Positions 8,296-18,219 of a DNA stretch of 53,413 nucleotides are shown piece after piece. The translations under genes were made by a program, and so were the position numbers. Each line of letters starts with the position of its first letter. Within the stretch, counting starts at the first letter, position 1. The notes under the pieces are model-generated. The model was not told where the DNA came from and did no database searches. It saw only the letters and a list, made by a program, of their open reading frames with translations. Source of the stretch: a virus (lineage: Duplodnaviria > Caudoviricetes); the IMG/VR virus record IMGVR_UViG_3300023116_000063, positions 1 through 53,413 of that record; one strand, 5' to 3'.

Positions 8296-8837
8296 TTAAA
8301 TTTAGGCCCAAGTACCCATCCAACTAAACTTTTGCGTACACCTTTAGTAATTGGTCTTACTCTATGCCAATAGTGCGATTGAAAGAAAAAACCAGTATTT
8401 GGTTGTCTTTTAATTGTTGTATATCTTTTTTCTTCCTGTGGGTTTCCTGTTTCTATATCAAACTCACCACCTTCATAATCATCATTCAGAAAAATAGAGA
8501 AACTAATCTTCCTCACTCTACCATCATCATATGGTTTGTTGTGTTGGTCAATATGCCATCCAAACTCATCTTCAACAGAATACTCTGCATATTGTAGTGG
8601 TTCGATAACATCAATATGAAAATCCCACCCAGCATTTTTATTTGCCGCTTGTGCATATTCCAAGAATGTTGTTAAAACATCTTTATCATTAATCCAATCA
8701 ACCTTAGTGCTTCTACGAACTTGTCCACTCGCACCCACTATCTTTGCGTCCTCTAACTGAGTATTAACTTTTGCGAGAGCTTTAGATATGGTTATTGCAC
8801 CAATACGTTCAATGATGTATGGTTGACAATACCTCAT
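8292..8837 (-). CDS. 2OG-Fe(II) oxygenase (prolyl-hydroxylase-like)
   Basis: WHID...RKIS...YEGGEF...HRVRP...RKSLVGW (HxD...H...R). Confidence 0.9.
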   Translation of the reverse strand: MRYCQPYIIERIGAITISKALAKVNTQLEDAKIVGASGQVRRSTKVDWINDKDVLTTFLEYAQAANKNAGWDFHIDVIEPLQYAEYSVEDEFGWHIDQHNKPYDDGRVRKISFSIFLNDDYEGGEFDIETGNPQEEKRYTTIKRQPNTGFFFQSHYWHRVRPITKGVRKSLVGWVLGPKFK

Positions 8838-9262
8838 ATCGCCCCATCCACAAATTTACGCCATTCAATTGCGTTTTTAATATCCCAACCACGAGACTGA
8901 ATTTGTTTCAGAATCCGTTCACAGGAATCTTGACACATCTTATAGTATTCTACTTTCTGTTTTGCTTTGATGAGTTCTTCATCAGAATCCAGATAAAGTG
9001 GAATGTCTTGTTTTAAAATTTTGTAGTCAAAGGGATTATCACGATAGACTTCTGGCGATGCTTTACCACCATAGTATTCCCACTTCTTACGTTTGAGTAC
9101 ATTGTAAGTACCCTCATTCATAAGAACGAGTTGTCTAAAGTTATTGTAGATGGTTAGATATTTTTGATGTAGACTTGCAGACCTAAGTGATTCATCACCA
9201 AGTTCTATATTGTCGATTTCTAAGTCTTTTGCGGCCTGAGCCTGTAGTTCTTCAAGTGTCAT
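8834..9262 (-). CDS. uvsY: Recombination mediator UvsY
   Basis: LHQKYL, YY.GKA, and C-terminal RGWDIKNAIEWRKF. Confidence 0.92.
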   Translation of the reverse strand: MTLEELQAQAAKDLEIDNIELGDESLRSASLHQKYLTIYNNFRQLVLMNEGTYNVLKRKKWEYYGGKASPEVYRDNPFDYKILKQDIPLYLDSDEELIKAKQKVEYYKMCQDSCERILKQIQSRGWDIKNAIEWRKFVDGAI

Positions 9263-9289
9263 TATATTTCACATCCTAATAATAAAAGT

Positions 9290-9376
9290 GAGCAGAGTGG
9301 GTTGTAACTTGCGTTACTATATTATCTCTTTAAAGAGACTCAAACTATGATTGTCCAAGTCAACCATTGTCTGCTC
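9290..9376 (-). ncRNA. Candidate multi-stem structured RNA / uvsY leader
   Basis: Closing stem GAGCAGA/UCUGCUC encloses three hairpins, one with a GCAA tetraloop. It begins 4 nt after TATAAATA (9381-9388). Confidence 0.55.
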
Positions 9377-9383
9377 GGTATAT

Positions 9384-9944
9384 TTATAAAGTTTCAAATT
9401 CGTAAAAATCGTATTTAAAACTTGCAGTTGCCGTTAGTTGTTCTGTGTCAGTAACCTGTGTATTATATGTCAATCCAGAAAGAGAGTTAGGATAACAATT
9501 TTTGAAATTCACTCTGAGTGTTGGATTATTTTTATTTGTAAGAAGTGTGAGACTTGCATCAGAAGCCATAGTATTGGGATTAGTTAAACTTGATGTATTA
9601 GGTCTCAATTCAGAATTTTCTGAAGATGCAGTTTTAAACTGTTCAGTATCTTTTGGAAAACCAATTCCAGTAATCCAATCATGTACTTCACGATAGTTTG
9701 ATAAATCTTCATTCACAAGGAATGTTAATTCTAAATCTTCAAATTCAAGTGTATCTCCCATTAGAGCAATACTCTTAAAACGTGTATTCATATTTGCTTC
9801 ACCACTAAAACTAATGCCAGGCAAGTTTACAGATGTAACAAAATATTCTACGTTAGGTGTTTTCAACAAATTAAATCTAAACTGAGTCGGTGATGCAAAG
9901 TCTAGATTATTTGGTTGTCGTGCAAGTGGATTAAGTTTTACCAT
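9384..9944 (-). CDS. gp3: Tail tube terminator / tail completion protein
   Basis: gp19-like fold motifs (P.VEYF...NLPGI, F.V.EDL.NY.E...WI, F...YP.SLS), downstream of gp23. Confidence 0.85.
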   Translation of the reverse strand: MVKLNPLARQPNNLDFASPTQFRFNLLKTPNVEYFVTSVNLPGISFSGEANMNTRFKSIALMGDTLEFEDLELTFLVNEDLSNYREVHDWITGIGFPKDTEQFKTASSENSELRPNTSSLTNPNTMASDASLTLLTNKNNPTLRVNFKNCYPNSLSGLTYNTQVTDTEQLTATASFKYDFYEFETL

Positions 9945-9973
9945 AGTTTTCTTCCTTTATAGTATTTATAAAG

Positions 9974-10003
9974 AAAAAAGGGGGAGAGCAAAAGCCCTCC
10001 CCC
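9974..10003 (-). terminator. Rho-independent terminator after gp23
   Basis: GGGGGAGGGC-TTTT-GCTCTCCCCC followed by TTTTTT; a late promoter TATAAATA follows at 9963-9970. Confidence 0.9.
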
Positions 10004-10031
10004 AAGTTCAGAAACAAGTTTCTTATTATTA

Positions 10032-11315
10032 TTACATGATGTTCGTAACTTGAACTCTTCTGTAATATACGTTGTCGTTAGCAGTGATTGCACCACTTCT
10101 GACTGTAGCACCACCAGCAAATGGGTTTGCAGTAAGACCATAACGTGTCTTGAAACCAATTTTTGGCTGGAATGTGTTCTCACCAACTGCACGAACCATC
10201 TGAAGTGGAACGTATGGGCAGTAGAAGATACCAGCATCGTATGGTGAAGTACCTTTGTATCCAACAACAAAGAACTGCTTTGCGGCAGCGTTTGCTGAAT
10301 ATGGATCAATGTACACTTTGTAACGTCCGTTAAGAACACCAGCAAATGTGTTACCAGCATCGTCAACTGACAAGTTGTTGTTAAGAGCAGGGGATGTATC
10401 CAACTGTCCGGCCATCTGAAGTGCAGAAGCAACATCAGAAGAACAGATAATCATGTTACCTTTACCTCTACGAGTTTGCTGAGCGATTACGTTTGCTTCT
10501 CTCTCAACTTGGAACATAAGTCCTTTGAACTTCTCAACTGACCATCTACCGTTTGAATCAACGTCCATGTCAAAGATACCAGCGTTTGCAGTATCAGCTT
10601 GGGCACCGATTTTAGCAGATGTATAAACAGTTCTAACAACTTCTCTGTTGATTTCGTTAAGAATTTCACCAGAAAGAATGTTAGCAAGTTCTGTTTCTGC
10701 GTCAAGACCGTGAATTGCTTTAAGGTCTTGTGCAAGTTCCATTGTATATTCTGCTTTAAGAGCTCTTGACTTTGCAGTAACAGAGTTCTTCTCAATTGAG
10801 AAAGACATTTCTGCAAAAGAGTTACCAGCAGAGTCACCCAATGCTTCTGCAGCAGCAGTTGTCATACCAGTACCATTGGTGTATGTACCAGCAGGAGTGT
10901 CATTCAAGATAGCAGGGTTTGTACCAGCTTGTGTACCAGTACCAGAGAAATCTGAGTCTGCTTCGTTGTAGAATGTTTCTGTACCTGTCTGTGATGCATA
11001 GCGTGAACGCATTGCAAAGATAAGTCCAGTTGGGCCTGTCATAGGTTGAACGCCAGCAATATCATAAGCGATAAGGTTTGGCATTGCTCTACGGACTAGA
11101 GAGATTAGGATCGGATCCCAATTATCTACACTAGCACCTGTAGCGTTAGTTGGTGCAGCTTCGCCGAGGAAACCTCTATCTTCACGAAGTGCTTTTTCTT
11201 GGTTTTCTAGGATAATCGTGGTTACAGCCTTACGATAAGAGTCCTTGATCTCTGGAAGATCGTTGTGCTCTAGTACTGGCTGCCACTTTTCCTGTAGATG
11301 TTCTGCTTTGAACAT
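10032..11315 (-). CDS. gp23: Major capsid protein
   Basis: LVRRAMPNLIAYDIAGVQPMTGPTGLIFAMR, KSRALKAEYT.ELAQDLKAIHGLDAE, FYCPYVPL. Confidence 0.99.
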   Translation of the reverse strand: MFKAEHLQEKWQPVLEHNDLPEIKDSYRKAVTTIILENQEKALREDRGFLGEAAPTNATGASVDNWDPILISLVRRAMPNLIAYDIAGVQPMTGPTGLIFAMRSRYASQTGTETFYNEADSDFSGTGTQAGTNPAILNDTPAGTYTNGTGMTTAAAEALGDSAGNSFAEMSFSIEKNSVTAKSRALKAEYTMELAQDLKAIHGLDAETELANILSGEILNEINREVVRTVYTSAKIGAQADTANAGIFDMDVDSNGRWSVEKFKGLMFQVEREANVIAQQTRRGKGNMIICSSDVASALQMAGQLDTSPALNNNLSVDDAGNTFAGVLNGRYKVYIDPYSANAAAKQFFVVGYKGTSPYDAGIFYCPYVPLQMVRAVGENTFQPKIGFKTRYGLTANPFAGGATVRSGAITANDNVYYRRVQVTNIM

Positions 11316-11347
11316 TTTGTTTTCTCCTTGTTGAGTTTTTCTAATAA

Positions 11348-11355
11348 TATTTATA
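11348..11355 (-). promoter_or_regulatory. Late promoter TATAAATA for gp23 (other exact copies at 12647-12654, 18157-18164, 29666-29673, 42872-42879)
   Basis: Exact gp55 consensus in intergenic gaps upstream of structural genes. Confidence 0.8.
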
Positions 11356-11391
11356 AAAACTAGATTTTTAGAAGATAATTTCTTCCGCTAA

Positions 11392-12615
11392 TTAGTCTTT
11401 TGCCCGCTTTACATTTTTACTGATTGCTGCCATGTAAGCAGACATTGCACCAGTTGTATCGAAAGATTCTGAACCATCAGTTTCAGAGTCTACAGATTCA
11501 GCGATAGTGGTTGCCTTTGGAAAATAACTTTCCTTAAGCGTGTCGAGTTTACTTCTGAAAGAACCTTCATCTGTAAAATCTACATCTTCTGCAAGAGACT
11601 TGAACTTCTCTACCTCTGTATCGGCGAGGTCAGAAGCGACTTCTGCAAAGACTGATTCACGAACCAATTGGTCATTCTGCTTTTTCATTGCAGCAGTTTT
11701 TTCAATCTGTTCGTTGAGTTTTGCTTCAAGTTCGTCAATCTTTTCAGACTGAGTTCCTAGAATATCATACTTCTCGTCTGGAACATCAATGTAATGCTCC
11801 TCAAAAAGTGATTTAAGGCCTGAAATGAAATCTTCAGCAATCTCACCTTTGAGACCTCTTTCGATTGCAATTTCGTTCTCTTTCATCCACTCTTCTACAA
11901 CGTAGTTCATGTATGCGTCAACTTTTTCAGTCAACTCATCACGCACTCTATTGATTTCTTCAGCGATTTCTTGAGTTTTTGCTTCCTCAATTCTTTCAAC
12001 TTCAGAACGAAGTTTAGATTTAACAGCAGCCTCAAAAATTGTTGATGCCTTTTCTTTGAATTCTTCAGTAAGTTCCTCACCCTCTACGAGAGCAGTAACA
12101 TCTTCAGAAACGTCTACAGATGCAAGACGGTCATCAAGAGTAGATTCGTCAACTGACTCATCTTTCTTTTCCATTGAACCGTAACCTTCACCGTTACACA
12201 TTGCTTCGTATGCTGCCTTGAGATCTTGGGCTTTCATGCTTTCCATCTTCTTCTGCATTTCTGCCTTCATCATCTCTTTAGTCATCTTACCTTCTTCTAG
12301 TTCCTCACCATCGTGATCTACTTGATCACCAGCAGCAAGGGGTTCTTTAATTGCAGTTGGAGTATCATTTCCACCGGCATCTTTTGCACCTTTAGTCTGA
12401 GCATCACTGGCCTTCTTTGTTGCTTTCGCACCATCTGGGCCCTTTGCTGTCTCTGGACTTTCAACTGCTTTGCCTAGGTCTTGAACTTCCCCATCTACTT
12501 TTTCCATTGAGTCGCCTTTAGCAGCACCCTTTGTTGGGGCGTCCTGTGCAGCTTCTTCAAGTTCTGCTTGGACTTCCGCTTCTAGTTCCTCAATTGTCTT
12601 GTCTAGTTCTGACAT
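11392..12615 (-). CDS. gp22: Prohead core scaffold protein
   Basis: Acidic coiled coil, FKEKA.TIFEAAV, Y.NYVVEEWM.EN; between gp21 and gp23. Start MSELDK. Confidence 0.93.
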   Translation of the reverse strand: MSELDKTIEELEAEVQAELEEAAQDAPTKGAAKGDSMEKVDGEVQDLGKAVESPETAKGPDGAKATKKASDAQTKGAKDAGGNDTPTAIKEPLAAGDQVDHDGEELEEGKMTKEMMKAEMQKKMESMKAQDLKAAYEAMCNGEGYGSMEKKDESVDESTLDDRLASVDVSEDVTALVEGEELTEEFKEKASTIFEAAVKSKLRSEVERIEEAKTQEIAEEINRVRDELTEKVDAYMNYVVEEWMKENEIAIERGLKGEIAEDFISGLKSLFEEHYIDVPDEKYDILGTQSEKIDELEAKLNEQIEKTAAMKKQNDQLVRESVFAEVASDLADTEVEKFKSLAEDVDFTDEGSFRSKLDTLKESYFPKATTIAESVDSETDGSESFDTTGAMSAYMAAISKNVKRAKD

Positions 12616-12658
12616 TGGGATTTTCTCCTTGAGTTGTCTATTAACATATTTATAATGA

Positions 12659-13306
12659 TTAAAGTTTTGACAAGAATTTTGCAAATGCGAGGGCGGAAAC
12701 ATTAGATTGTTTCGCTCTTACACCTTCATTAATCTCATCTTTGATGTTTTGAATCTCTACTTCTTTAAGTAGTCCGTTATCCCAAACCCACTCTTTACCT
12801 TCCATGATACCTTCAACGAAGGCCTGAGGTGCAGAAGGGTCTGCAACAATATCTGCCGCAGTGGCAAGATAAAAATCATCTTTCACATAGTTTGCACCAC
12901 CTCTATTTTCAAGTGAACCCATACCTCTTGAAGAGACACCAAGTTTACCACCATCTTTGATTAGTGCTTTCGCAATTTCCCCCATTGGAGTAGAGAGCAG
13001 TTTCGCCTCACCAATAAAGTTCTTTCCATCAGCTTCCAGTTTTGTGATCATGTGCGATACCCTGTCAAGATTGACAGTGGGGCCTTCTGGATGACCCAGT
13101 TCCCCAAACGCACGACCTTCAGCAACAAATTCTTTATTATATCGAGCGACTTCTTTATTAAGTACGCCCATAGGGTAGACACGACCATTACGGTTTTTCA
13201 TGTCTGCCTGCATGAAGATTCCACGAATCTTCATATCTTTTCCACCACCGTCTTTTTCTTCAACGATGTATTCTACTTCTTGTATTTGTTCTGCGATAAG
13301 TTTCAT
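12659..13306 (-). CDS. gp21: Prohead protease
   Basis: GIFMQ...NRNGRVYP, GELGHP, GVSSRGMGS, DIVADPSAP. Confidence 0.97.
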   Translation of the reverse strand: MKLIAEQIQEVEYIVEEKDGGGKDMKIRGIFMQADMKNRNGRVYPMGVLNKEVARYNKEFVAEGRAFGELGHPEGPTVNLDRVSHMITKLEADGKNFIGEAKLLSTPMGEIAKALIKDGGKLGVSSRGMGSLENRGGANYVKDDFYLATAADIVADPSAPQAFVEGIMEGKEWVWDNGLLKEVEIQNIKDEINEGVRAKQSNVSALAFAKFLSKL

Positions 13307-13307
13307 A

Positions 13308-13556
13308 TTAGTACCCAGCATTCGTGATTGCTGTACCTTTTAAGGTAGATGCACCACGAAGCCCCTCTCCAGCGTTCATGTGAATTACAATACCAGCACC
13401 AGCACCAACATAAATCGTACCAATGTCAGCATCGTCTGCCGAATTACGAACTGTTACTACTTGTGCAGAACCAGTGTTAAATACCCATACCGCCGCATCA
13501 TCTACAAATTTTGTAGTTCCAGCTGCGAGGTCGGTTGCTGTTCCTTTTACTTGCAT
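13308..13556 (-). CDS. Small beta-rich hypothetical virion protein
   Basis: Tightly packed ORF with RBS in the head operon. Confidence 0.65.
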   Translation of the reverse strand: MQVKGTATDLAAGTTKFVDDAAVWVFNTGSAQVVTVRNSADDADIGTIYVGAGAGIVIHMNAGEGLRGASTLKGTAITNAGY

Positions 13557-13566
13557 TTTACTTTTC

Positions 13567-13815
13567 CTAAATTGATAATACTTCTGCCTCAAAGTAATCC
13601 ATAAGTGCCTTTGGAGGAACTTTGAACTTTTTTGAGACTAAAGTAATAGTTTTGTCAAAAGTATTTAGGAAATCTGAAGGTTTACTTTCCATTTCCTTAA
13701 AAATAGCGTCAACAGCATTCTTCATCTTAGGAGATAACTTTTTATACTCCTTAGATGTTTTATGCTCATCCTTTTCTGGTAACTCCTGTCGAAGTTGAGA
13801 AACGGTTTTACTCAC
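13567..13815 (-). CDS. Hypothetical protein (gp68 syntenic position)
   Basis: ORF packing between portal and protease. Confidence 0.6.
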   Translation of the reverse strand: MSKTVSQLRQELPEKDEHKTSKEYKKLSPKMKNAVDAIFKEMESKPSDFLNTFDKTITLVSKKFKVPPKALMDYFEAEVLSI

Positions 13816-13990
13816 TATCTTCTTCTACCTCTGGAATATGATGAGTTACAAATGTTTTTGCAACTTCCTGTCTTTTTGTTTCTAATGCATCACCAACTTT
13901 TGATGCAAGAGAAGCATTAAAGTGTGTTTCTGCTGAAAGGTTATCACCGTCACCAATTGCGTTTACAAAGTCTCTTACTGTATCCATCAT
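13808..13990 (-). CDS. Putative prohead core protein (gp67 syntenic position)
   Basis: Small acidic ORF overlapping the portal stop. Confidence 0.6.
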   Translation of the reverse strand: MMDTVRDFVNAIGDGDNLSAETHFNASLASKVGDALETKRQEVAKTFVTHHIPEVEEDSE

Positions 13991-15516
13991 TTATCTCCTT
14001 GTTCTGGATTGTTCTGTGCGAACATACCATCATCTTGACCCATAGGGTCGAGTTCGCCACCAGATTCATCTTTAATTTGATTTTCAATTTCTTCAATCTC
14101 TTCATCAGACATTCTTAGAACATTCTTTCTCACATATTCTTTAGAGAAGTATGTTCCCACATAACTTTCAATCTGTCCTAACATATCCAAACGATTTTGA
14201 AGAAGTTCTGCATTCTTTAATTCTGTAAAGTGGCCATCTTGCATAAAGTCAAACTGCAAGTTTTCTTTAATCATAGACCATTCATCTTCTGCAATCACAC
14301 CTTTTAGAATAAGTTGTGTGCGAAGAACATCCATAAACATTACAGTGAATTTCTTACGAAGTTTCTGTACGAACTTTGTAAACTTCAATTCGTCACGAGT
14401 AATGTTATCAGAACGTCCAATAGAGAATGAGTTCTCTGCCTCAAGTCTTGAGATTGGTACGTTCAATGAACGGTAAAGTTTTGTCTGGAAGTATTTGATA
14501 TCATCAATCTCGCCGAGGTTTGAGCCGCCAGGCAAGGTTGTGATTTCTGTACCTCTACCACCTTCTCTACGAGGCAACCAGAAATCTTCCAACATTGACA
14601 TATGATTTCTATCGTCACGAATTTCACCAGTTCGTGCGTCATACACCAACTTGTTACGATAACGATTCATCACATCTTTCAGATAAGCCTCTGCCTTTAC
14701 TTTCGGCAAGTTACCAACATCAATGTAGAAAATACGTCTTTCAGGCGCACGAGAAATACGATAGATAACCAACGCATCCTCAATCATGCGTAACTGATTG
14801 ACAGGTTTGATTGCTTTGTGCAGATATGAAAGGACAGTTCCTTTGTGCATATCTACAAGTCCAGAAGGGCAATATGTAATAGAGTCGGCAGTAATACGAA
14901 TACCAGAAGATGTTCCTACGTTCTGTTCCCAACCCTTATCATTATAAAGATAGAAATCCTCAATGCCTTTTACCATCTCGGCACCAGTTTTCTTGTCCAT
15001 TTCTTTTCGTTGTTCTCTGACCTTCTTAATTTTACGAGGGTCGATATAACGTAATTCTTTAATTCCCTTACGAGGGGAATTTCTATCAATAATTTTATGA
15101 TAGTATATTCTTCCATCGACATACCAACGTCTAAAGATATCATGGCCTTTTGCATTAAAGTCTAGCAAATGCAAAACTTCATTAAATTCATCTCTAATTT
15201 TAGATTTGATATTTCTAGAAAGGTCTAACCTGTCGAGGGAAATAGATACGGATTGTCCTCTTTCATCAGAGACAATCGCTTCGTTTGCGATATCTTCAAT
15301 AGCACTATCACACTCTGGTTGTTGTGCAATATCACGATATCTTCTAATTAAGTCAAGTTCATTCCGATCACGACCATCCATATCAAGAATGGAAGCATAA
15401 TGGCCACCGCCTGATACAACATCAAGGGTGCCATCGTCAGATGAGGGAGCAGTGAATCCATCACTACTCCCACTCTGATTCGCTCTTGTGATTCTGAAAC
15501 CAAAAAGTTCAGCCAT
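13987..15516 (-). CDS. gp20: Portal protein
   Basis: WYVDGR, YRISRAPERRIFYIDVGNLPK.KAE.Y, EDFWLPRREGGRGTEI. Confidence 0.98.
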   Translation of the reverse strand: MAELFGFRITRANQSGSSDGFTAPSSDDGTLDVVSGGGHYASILDMDGRDRNELDLIRRYRDIAQQPECDSAIEDIANEAIVSDERGQSVSISLDRLDLSRNIKSKIRDEFNEVLHLLDFNAKGHDIFRRWYVDGRIYYHKIIDRNSPRKGIKELRYIDPRKIKKVREQRKEMDKKTGAEMVKGIEDFYLYNDKGWEQNVGTSSGIRITADSITYCPSGLVDMHKGTVLSYLHKAIKPVNQLRMIEDALVIYRISRAPERRIFYIDVGNLPKVKAEAYLKDVMNRYRNKLVYDARTGEIRDDRNHMSMLEDFWLPRREGGRGTEITTLPGGSNLGEIDDIKYFQTKLYRSLNVPISRLEAENSFSIGRSDNITRDELKFTKFVQKLRKKFTVMFMDVLRTQLILKGVIAEDEWSMIKENLQFDFMQDGHFTELKNAELLQNRLDMLGQIESYVGTYFSKEYVRKNVLRMSDEEIEEIENQIKDESGGELDPMGQDDGMFAQNNPEQGDK

Positions 15517-15568
15517 ACTATAGTTCTCCTAATTTTACCTTACTATTTAGTAAGATTATAAAGCAGGA

Positions 15569-16102
15569 TTATACACCACTTGCTGAGAATGATGTGTATC
15601 TCCATGTCACATCAAAGGTTTCAACTTCACTTACTGTATCATAAGACAACTCAATTGGTGCAATCACTGTTGGCCAACAGTTGGTTAGAATGTATTCTTT
15701 AAGAATAACATTATCTCTATCCAATTGTTGAACTCTAAGATCAGCAGTATATTGAGAAACATTGGCAGCACCAACACTTGTTTCCAAGTCGTTAATACCA
15801 CTCATCCATGACTCAAGTCCATTACGAATTCTGAAATCTGTGTCATTGATGATAGTTGTTGTCCATGTTTCAAATTCTCTGTCACCAGCAAGATAGAGAA
15901 TACGTCCTCTAAAGTTGACAGGAACTTCTGTGATTGTCTGGCCAGGCAACGATGCTGCCTTAACCAAAAATGATGTTGCTTCCGAACTTTCAATTCCGGC
16001 AGCCCCGATTGCAGGCGTATTCAGAATAACTGTAAATTGGTTAGCACGAGCGCCCCCACCAGTCATTCTAGCTCTAAAATCATTAATATTTGGTGTTGAC
16101 AT
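15569..16102 (-). CDS. gp19: Tail tube protein
   Basis: GGARANQF, AASLPG, FRGR...AGDREFE.W, QLDR. Confidence 0.95.
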   Translation of the reverse strand: MSTPNINDFRARMTGGGARANQFTVILNTPAIGAAGIESSEATSFLVKAASLPGQTITEVPVNFRGRILYLAGDREFETWTTTIINDTDFRIRNGLESWMSGINDLETSVGAANVSQYTADLRVQQLDRDNVILKEYILTNCWPTVIAPIELSYDTVSEVETFDVTWRYTSFSASGV

Positions 16103-16104
16103 GA

Positions 16105-18099
16105 TTAACCTCCCACTTCACTAAATGCAACGCCAGTTCTTACGGCGATGAAGTTTAGTGTAATAAAGTTGATTGAACGAGCAGGCTTGATGTAAATATC
16201 ACCAATGAATTCATTTCTGTCAATGACTTCACCTGTGTTATTTGTTTCATCACAAACCACCTTAAAGTCTGTAATACCTCTACGTCCTTGCACATCTCTA
16301 AGGAATGGTTCTACCAAATTCAAGAATTGTGCTCTTGTAAATGTATCGTTGAACTCAAAGAGTTGGAATTTCGATGCAGTTGCAATTGCCTTTTCAAGAA
16401 CGAGGAACAATCTACGCACGTTAATTCTATCAAACGCAGAAGGTCTAGAAAGAGCAGTCTTGTCACCAAACAAGAATGTTCCTTGGCCTGACTGTGTAAT
16501 AACAGGGTTAATACGAGCAGGATAAAGAATATCCCTTTGTGCCTTGTTAGGGTTGTATGCAAGTCTTACTGCACCACGGATTTGTCCTCTGTTGTAACCA
16601 GCAGGGGAGAACCATGCGTCAGCGACTTGGTCAGTGTTTGCACACAAACCAGCAATGTCACCATTCAATGGTACATATCTGTAAACATCATTGTATCTGT
16701 CGTACATATACTTGTATCCACTATCGAATACTGCATATGAAGAAGATGCAAGGTTGTCAAAGAATGCTTCGACATTTGTAGTTTGAGTGATTGAACTTGT
16801 GATACCAACAACATCTGCTCTACGAGGAGAGATGAAACCAACACAATCTTTACGAGCCTCACAGAGGTCGATAATCATGGTTGCGTGTGTAACACCATCT
16901 GTTCCAGCTGGACAAGTACCAGCCATCACAAGGTTTACATCAACTGTATCAACATCAGCAAACAACTGATATGCAGTGTCCAATTCACCGATTGTTGGGT
17001 TAGCGTCTACACCACCAGAAAGTGTTGAAGTGATAACACCAGCGTCACCAGTAGAAGAGGTGTAAGTTGAACCAGAAGCAATGTCTGTTCCAGCATCAGA
17101 TAGTGAACCGTCGTGATCCATCCATCTTACGAAAGAAGAACCTGTGTTTACTACGTTTGCATAGAAGTTTGTTCCACCTTGTGCAGTTTTAGCAGATGCA
17201 GCCTGAGATACGAATGGATATGTTTCCATTGCAGCATTACCTCTTTGTCCGGCCAAGTCAGCGTCAAAACCAGTAACAGTACCAGCAGTATCGTAAACTA
17301 CGATATGCATTTCGTCACCAGAAATTCCTCTGTCTGTTGCCCAAGGTGATGTGCCAGGCGCACCATCAAACAAGTCATAGTACTTCCAACGTCTACGAAC
17401 AGTAGTTGCAGCAGTCAAGGCAGATTTAAGTCCACCACCGTTAGGATTGTCAAGTTGTCTGATTGTTAGATCGTCAGTTGCAACAGCAGTAACTTCATAC
17501 TGTTGTCCGTCTGCTTCTGCAAAGTAAACAATATCTCCAACTGAGAACAAGTTACCACCGTCACCAGCAGAACCACCACCGTTGTCAATTCCAACAGTAG
17601 TTGCACCAGCAGCAGGCGTACCTGTGGTTACACCAAGTGTACCAGCAGCACCAGAGAATGATTGTTCGTATGCAGTTGCACTTGAACAGATTGATACAGC
17701 AACACCGTTACCGTATGTGCCTGGGAACTTTGCAGCCCAGTTACCGACAGAACCTTGTCCAGCGGCATAGTTAGTTTCATAATCAAAATCGTTTTTAATC
17801 TTCAATCCAGAACCGTCAGCGGTAGCGTTTACAGCAGATGAAGCATCTGCACGAACTACACGAAGAGCGTTTCCGTATTGAAGAAAGTTAGCGGCAGTAA
17901 ACCAAGTTTCAAAATTACTTGCATTTGGTTTACCAAAGACTTGTACAAGATCTTGTTCTGAAGCAATCGGAATGATTTCTTCAACTGGCCCTTGTGGGAA
18001 ACCAGCAGCAATTGCACCAATAGATGTTGCAACAGCAGGAACAATATTGGTCAAGTCGATCTCTTTGACGAGTACGCCAGGGGATACTTGAAATGCCAT
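16105..18099 (-). CDS. gp18: Tail sheath protein
   Basis: SPGVLVKEIDLT, WFSPAGYNRG, FDRINVRRLF, IKPARSINFITLNF. Confidence 0.98.
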   Translation of the reverse strand: MAFQVSPGVLVKEIDLTNIVPAVATSIGAIAAGFPQGPVEEIIPIASEQDLVQVFGKPNASNFETWFTAANFLQYGNALRVVRADASSAVNATADGSGLKIKNDFDYETNYAAGQGSVGNWAAKFPGTYGNGVAVSICSSATAYEQSFSGAAGTLGVTTGTPAAGATTVGIDNGGGSAGDGGNLFSVGDIVYFAEADGQQYEVTAVATDDLTIRQLDNPNGGGLKSALTAATTVRRRWKYYDLFDGAPGTSPWATDRGISGDEMHIVVYDTAGTVTGFDADLAGQRGNAAMETYPFVSQAASAKTAQGGTNFYANVVNTGSSFVRWMDHDGSLSDAGTDIASGSTYTSSTGDAGVITSTLSGGVDANPTIGELDTAYQLFADVDTVDVNLVMAGTCPAGTDGVTHATMIIDLCEARKDCVGFISPRRADVVGITSSITQTTNVEAFFDNLASSSYAVFDSGYKYMYDRYNDVYRYVPLNGDIAGLCANTDQVADAWFSPAGYNRGQIRGAVRLAYNPNKAQRDILYPARINPVITQSGQGTFLFGDKTALSRPSAFDRINVRRLFLVLEKAIATASKFQLFEFNDTFTRAQFLNLVEPFLRDVQGRRGITDFKVVCDETNNTGEVIDRNEFIGDIYIKPARSINFITLNFIAVRTGVAFSEVGG

Positions 18100-18219
18100 C
18101 TTTGTTTTCTCCTTTATGGATTCATTATAATTATTAAGTTTCCAAACTTACATGAATATTTATAAAAAACCTTTTCTACACTTGATTTTTTATAGGTTAA
18201 GCAACACATAAATAGTTTT

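Noticed and set aside
1-9262. Definite cyanophage assignment
   Set aside because: hsp20, def and 2OG-Fe(II) genes also occur in phages of heterotrophs, and no photosynthesis genes are in view. The host cannot be fixed from this window.
9290-9376. tRNA gene
   Set aside because: Cloverleaf-like, but it lacks the GTTCRA T-loop, a canonical D-loop and anticodon arm geometry, and a CCA end. Kept as an unknown RNA.
9938-10435. 165-aa alternative-frame ORF in gp23, and the many plus-strand ORFs opposite structural genes
   Set aside because: Expected shadows of biased codon usage; no RBS or recognisable motifs.
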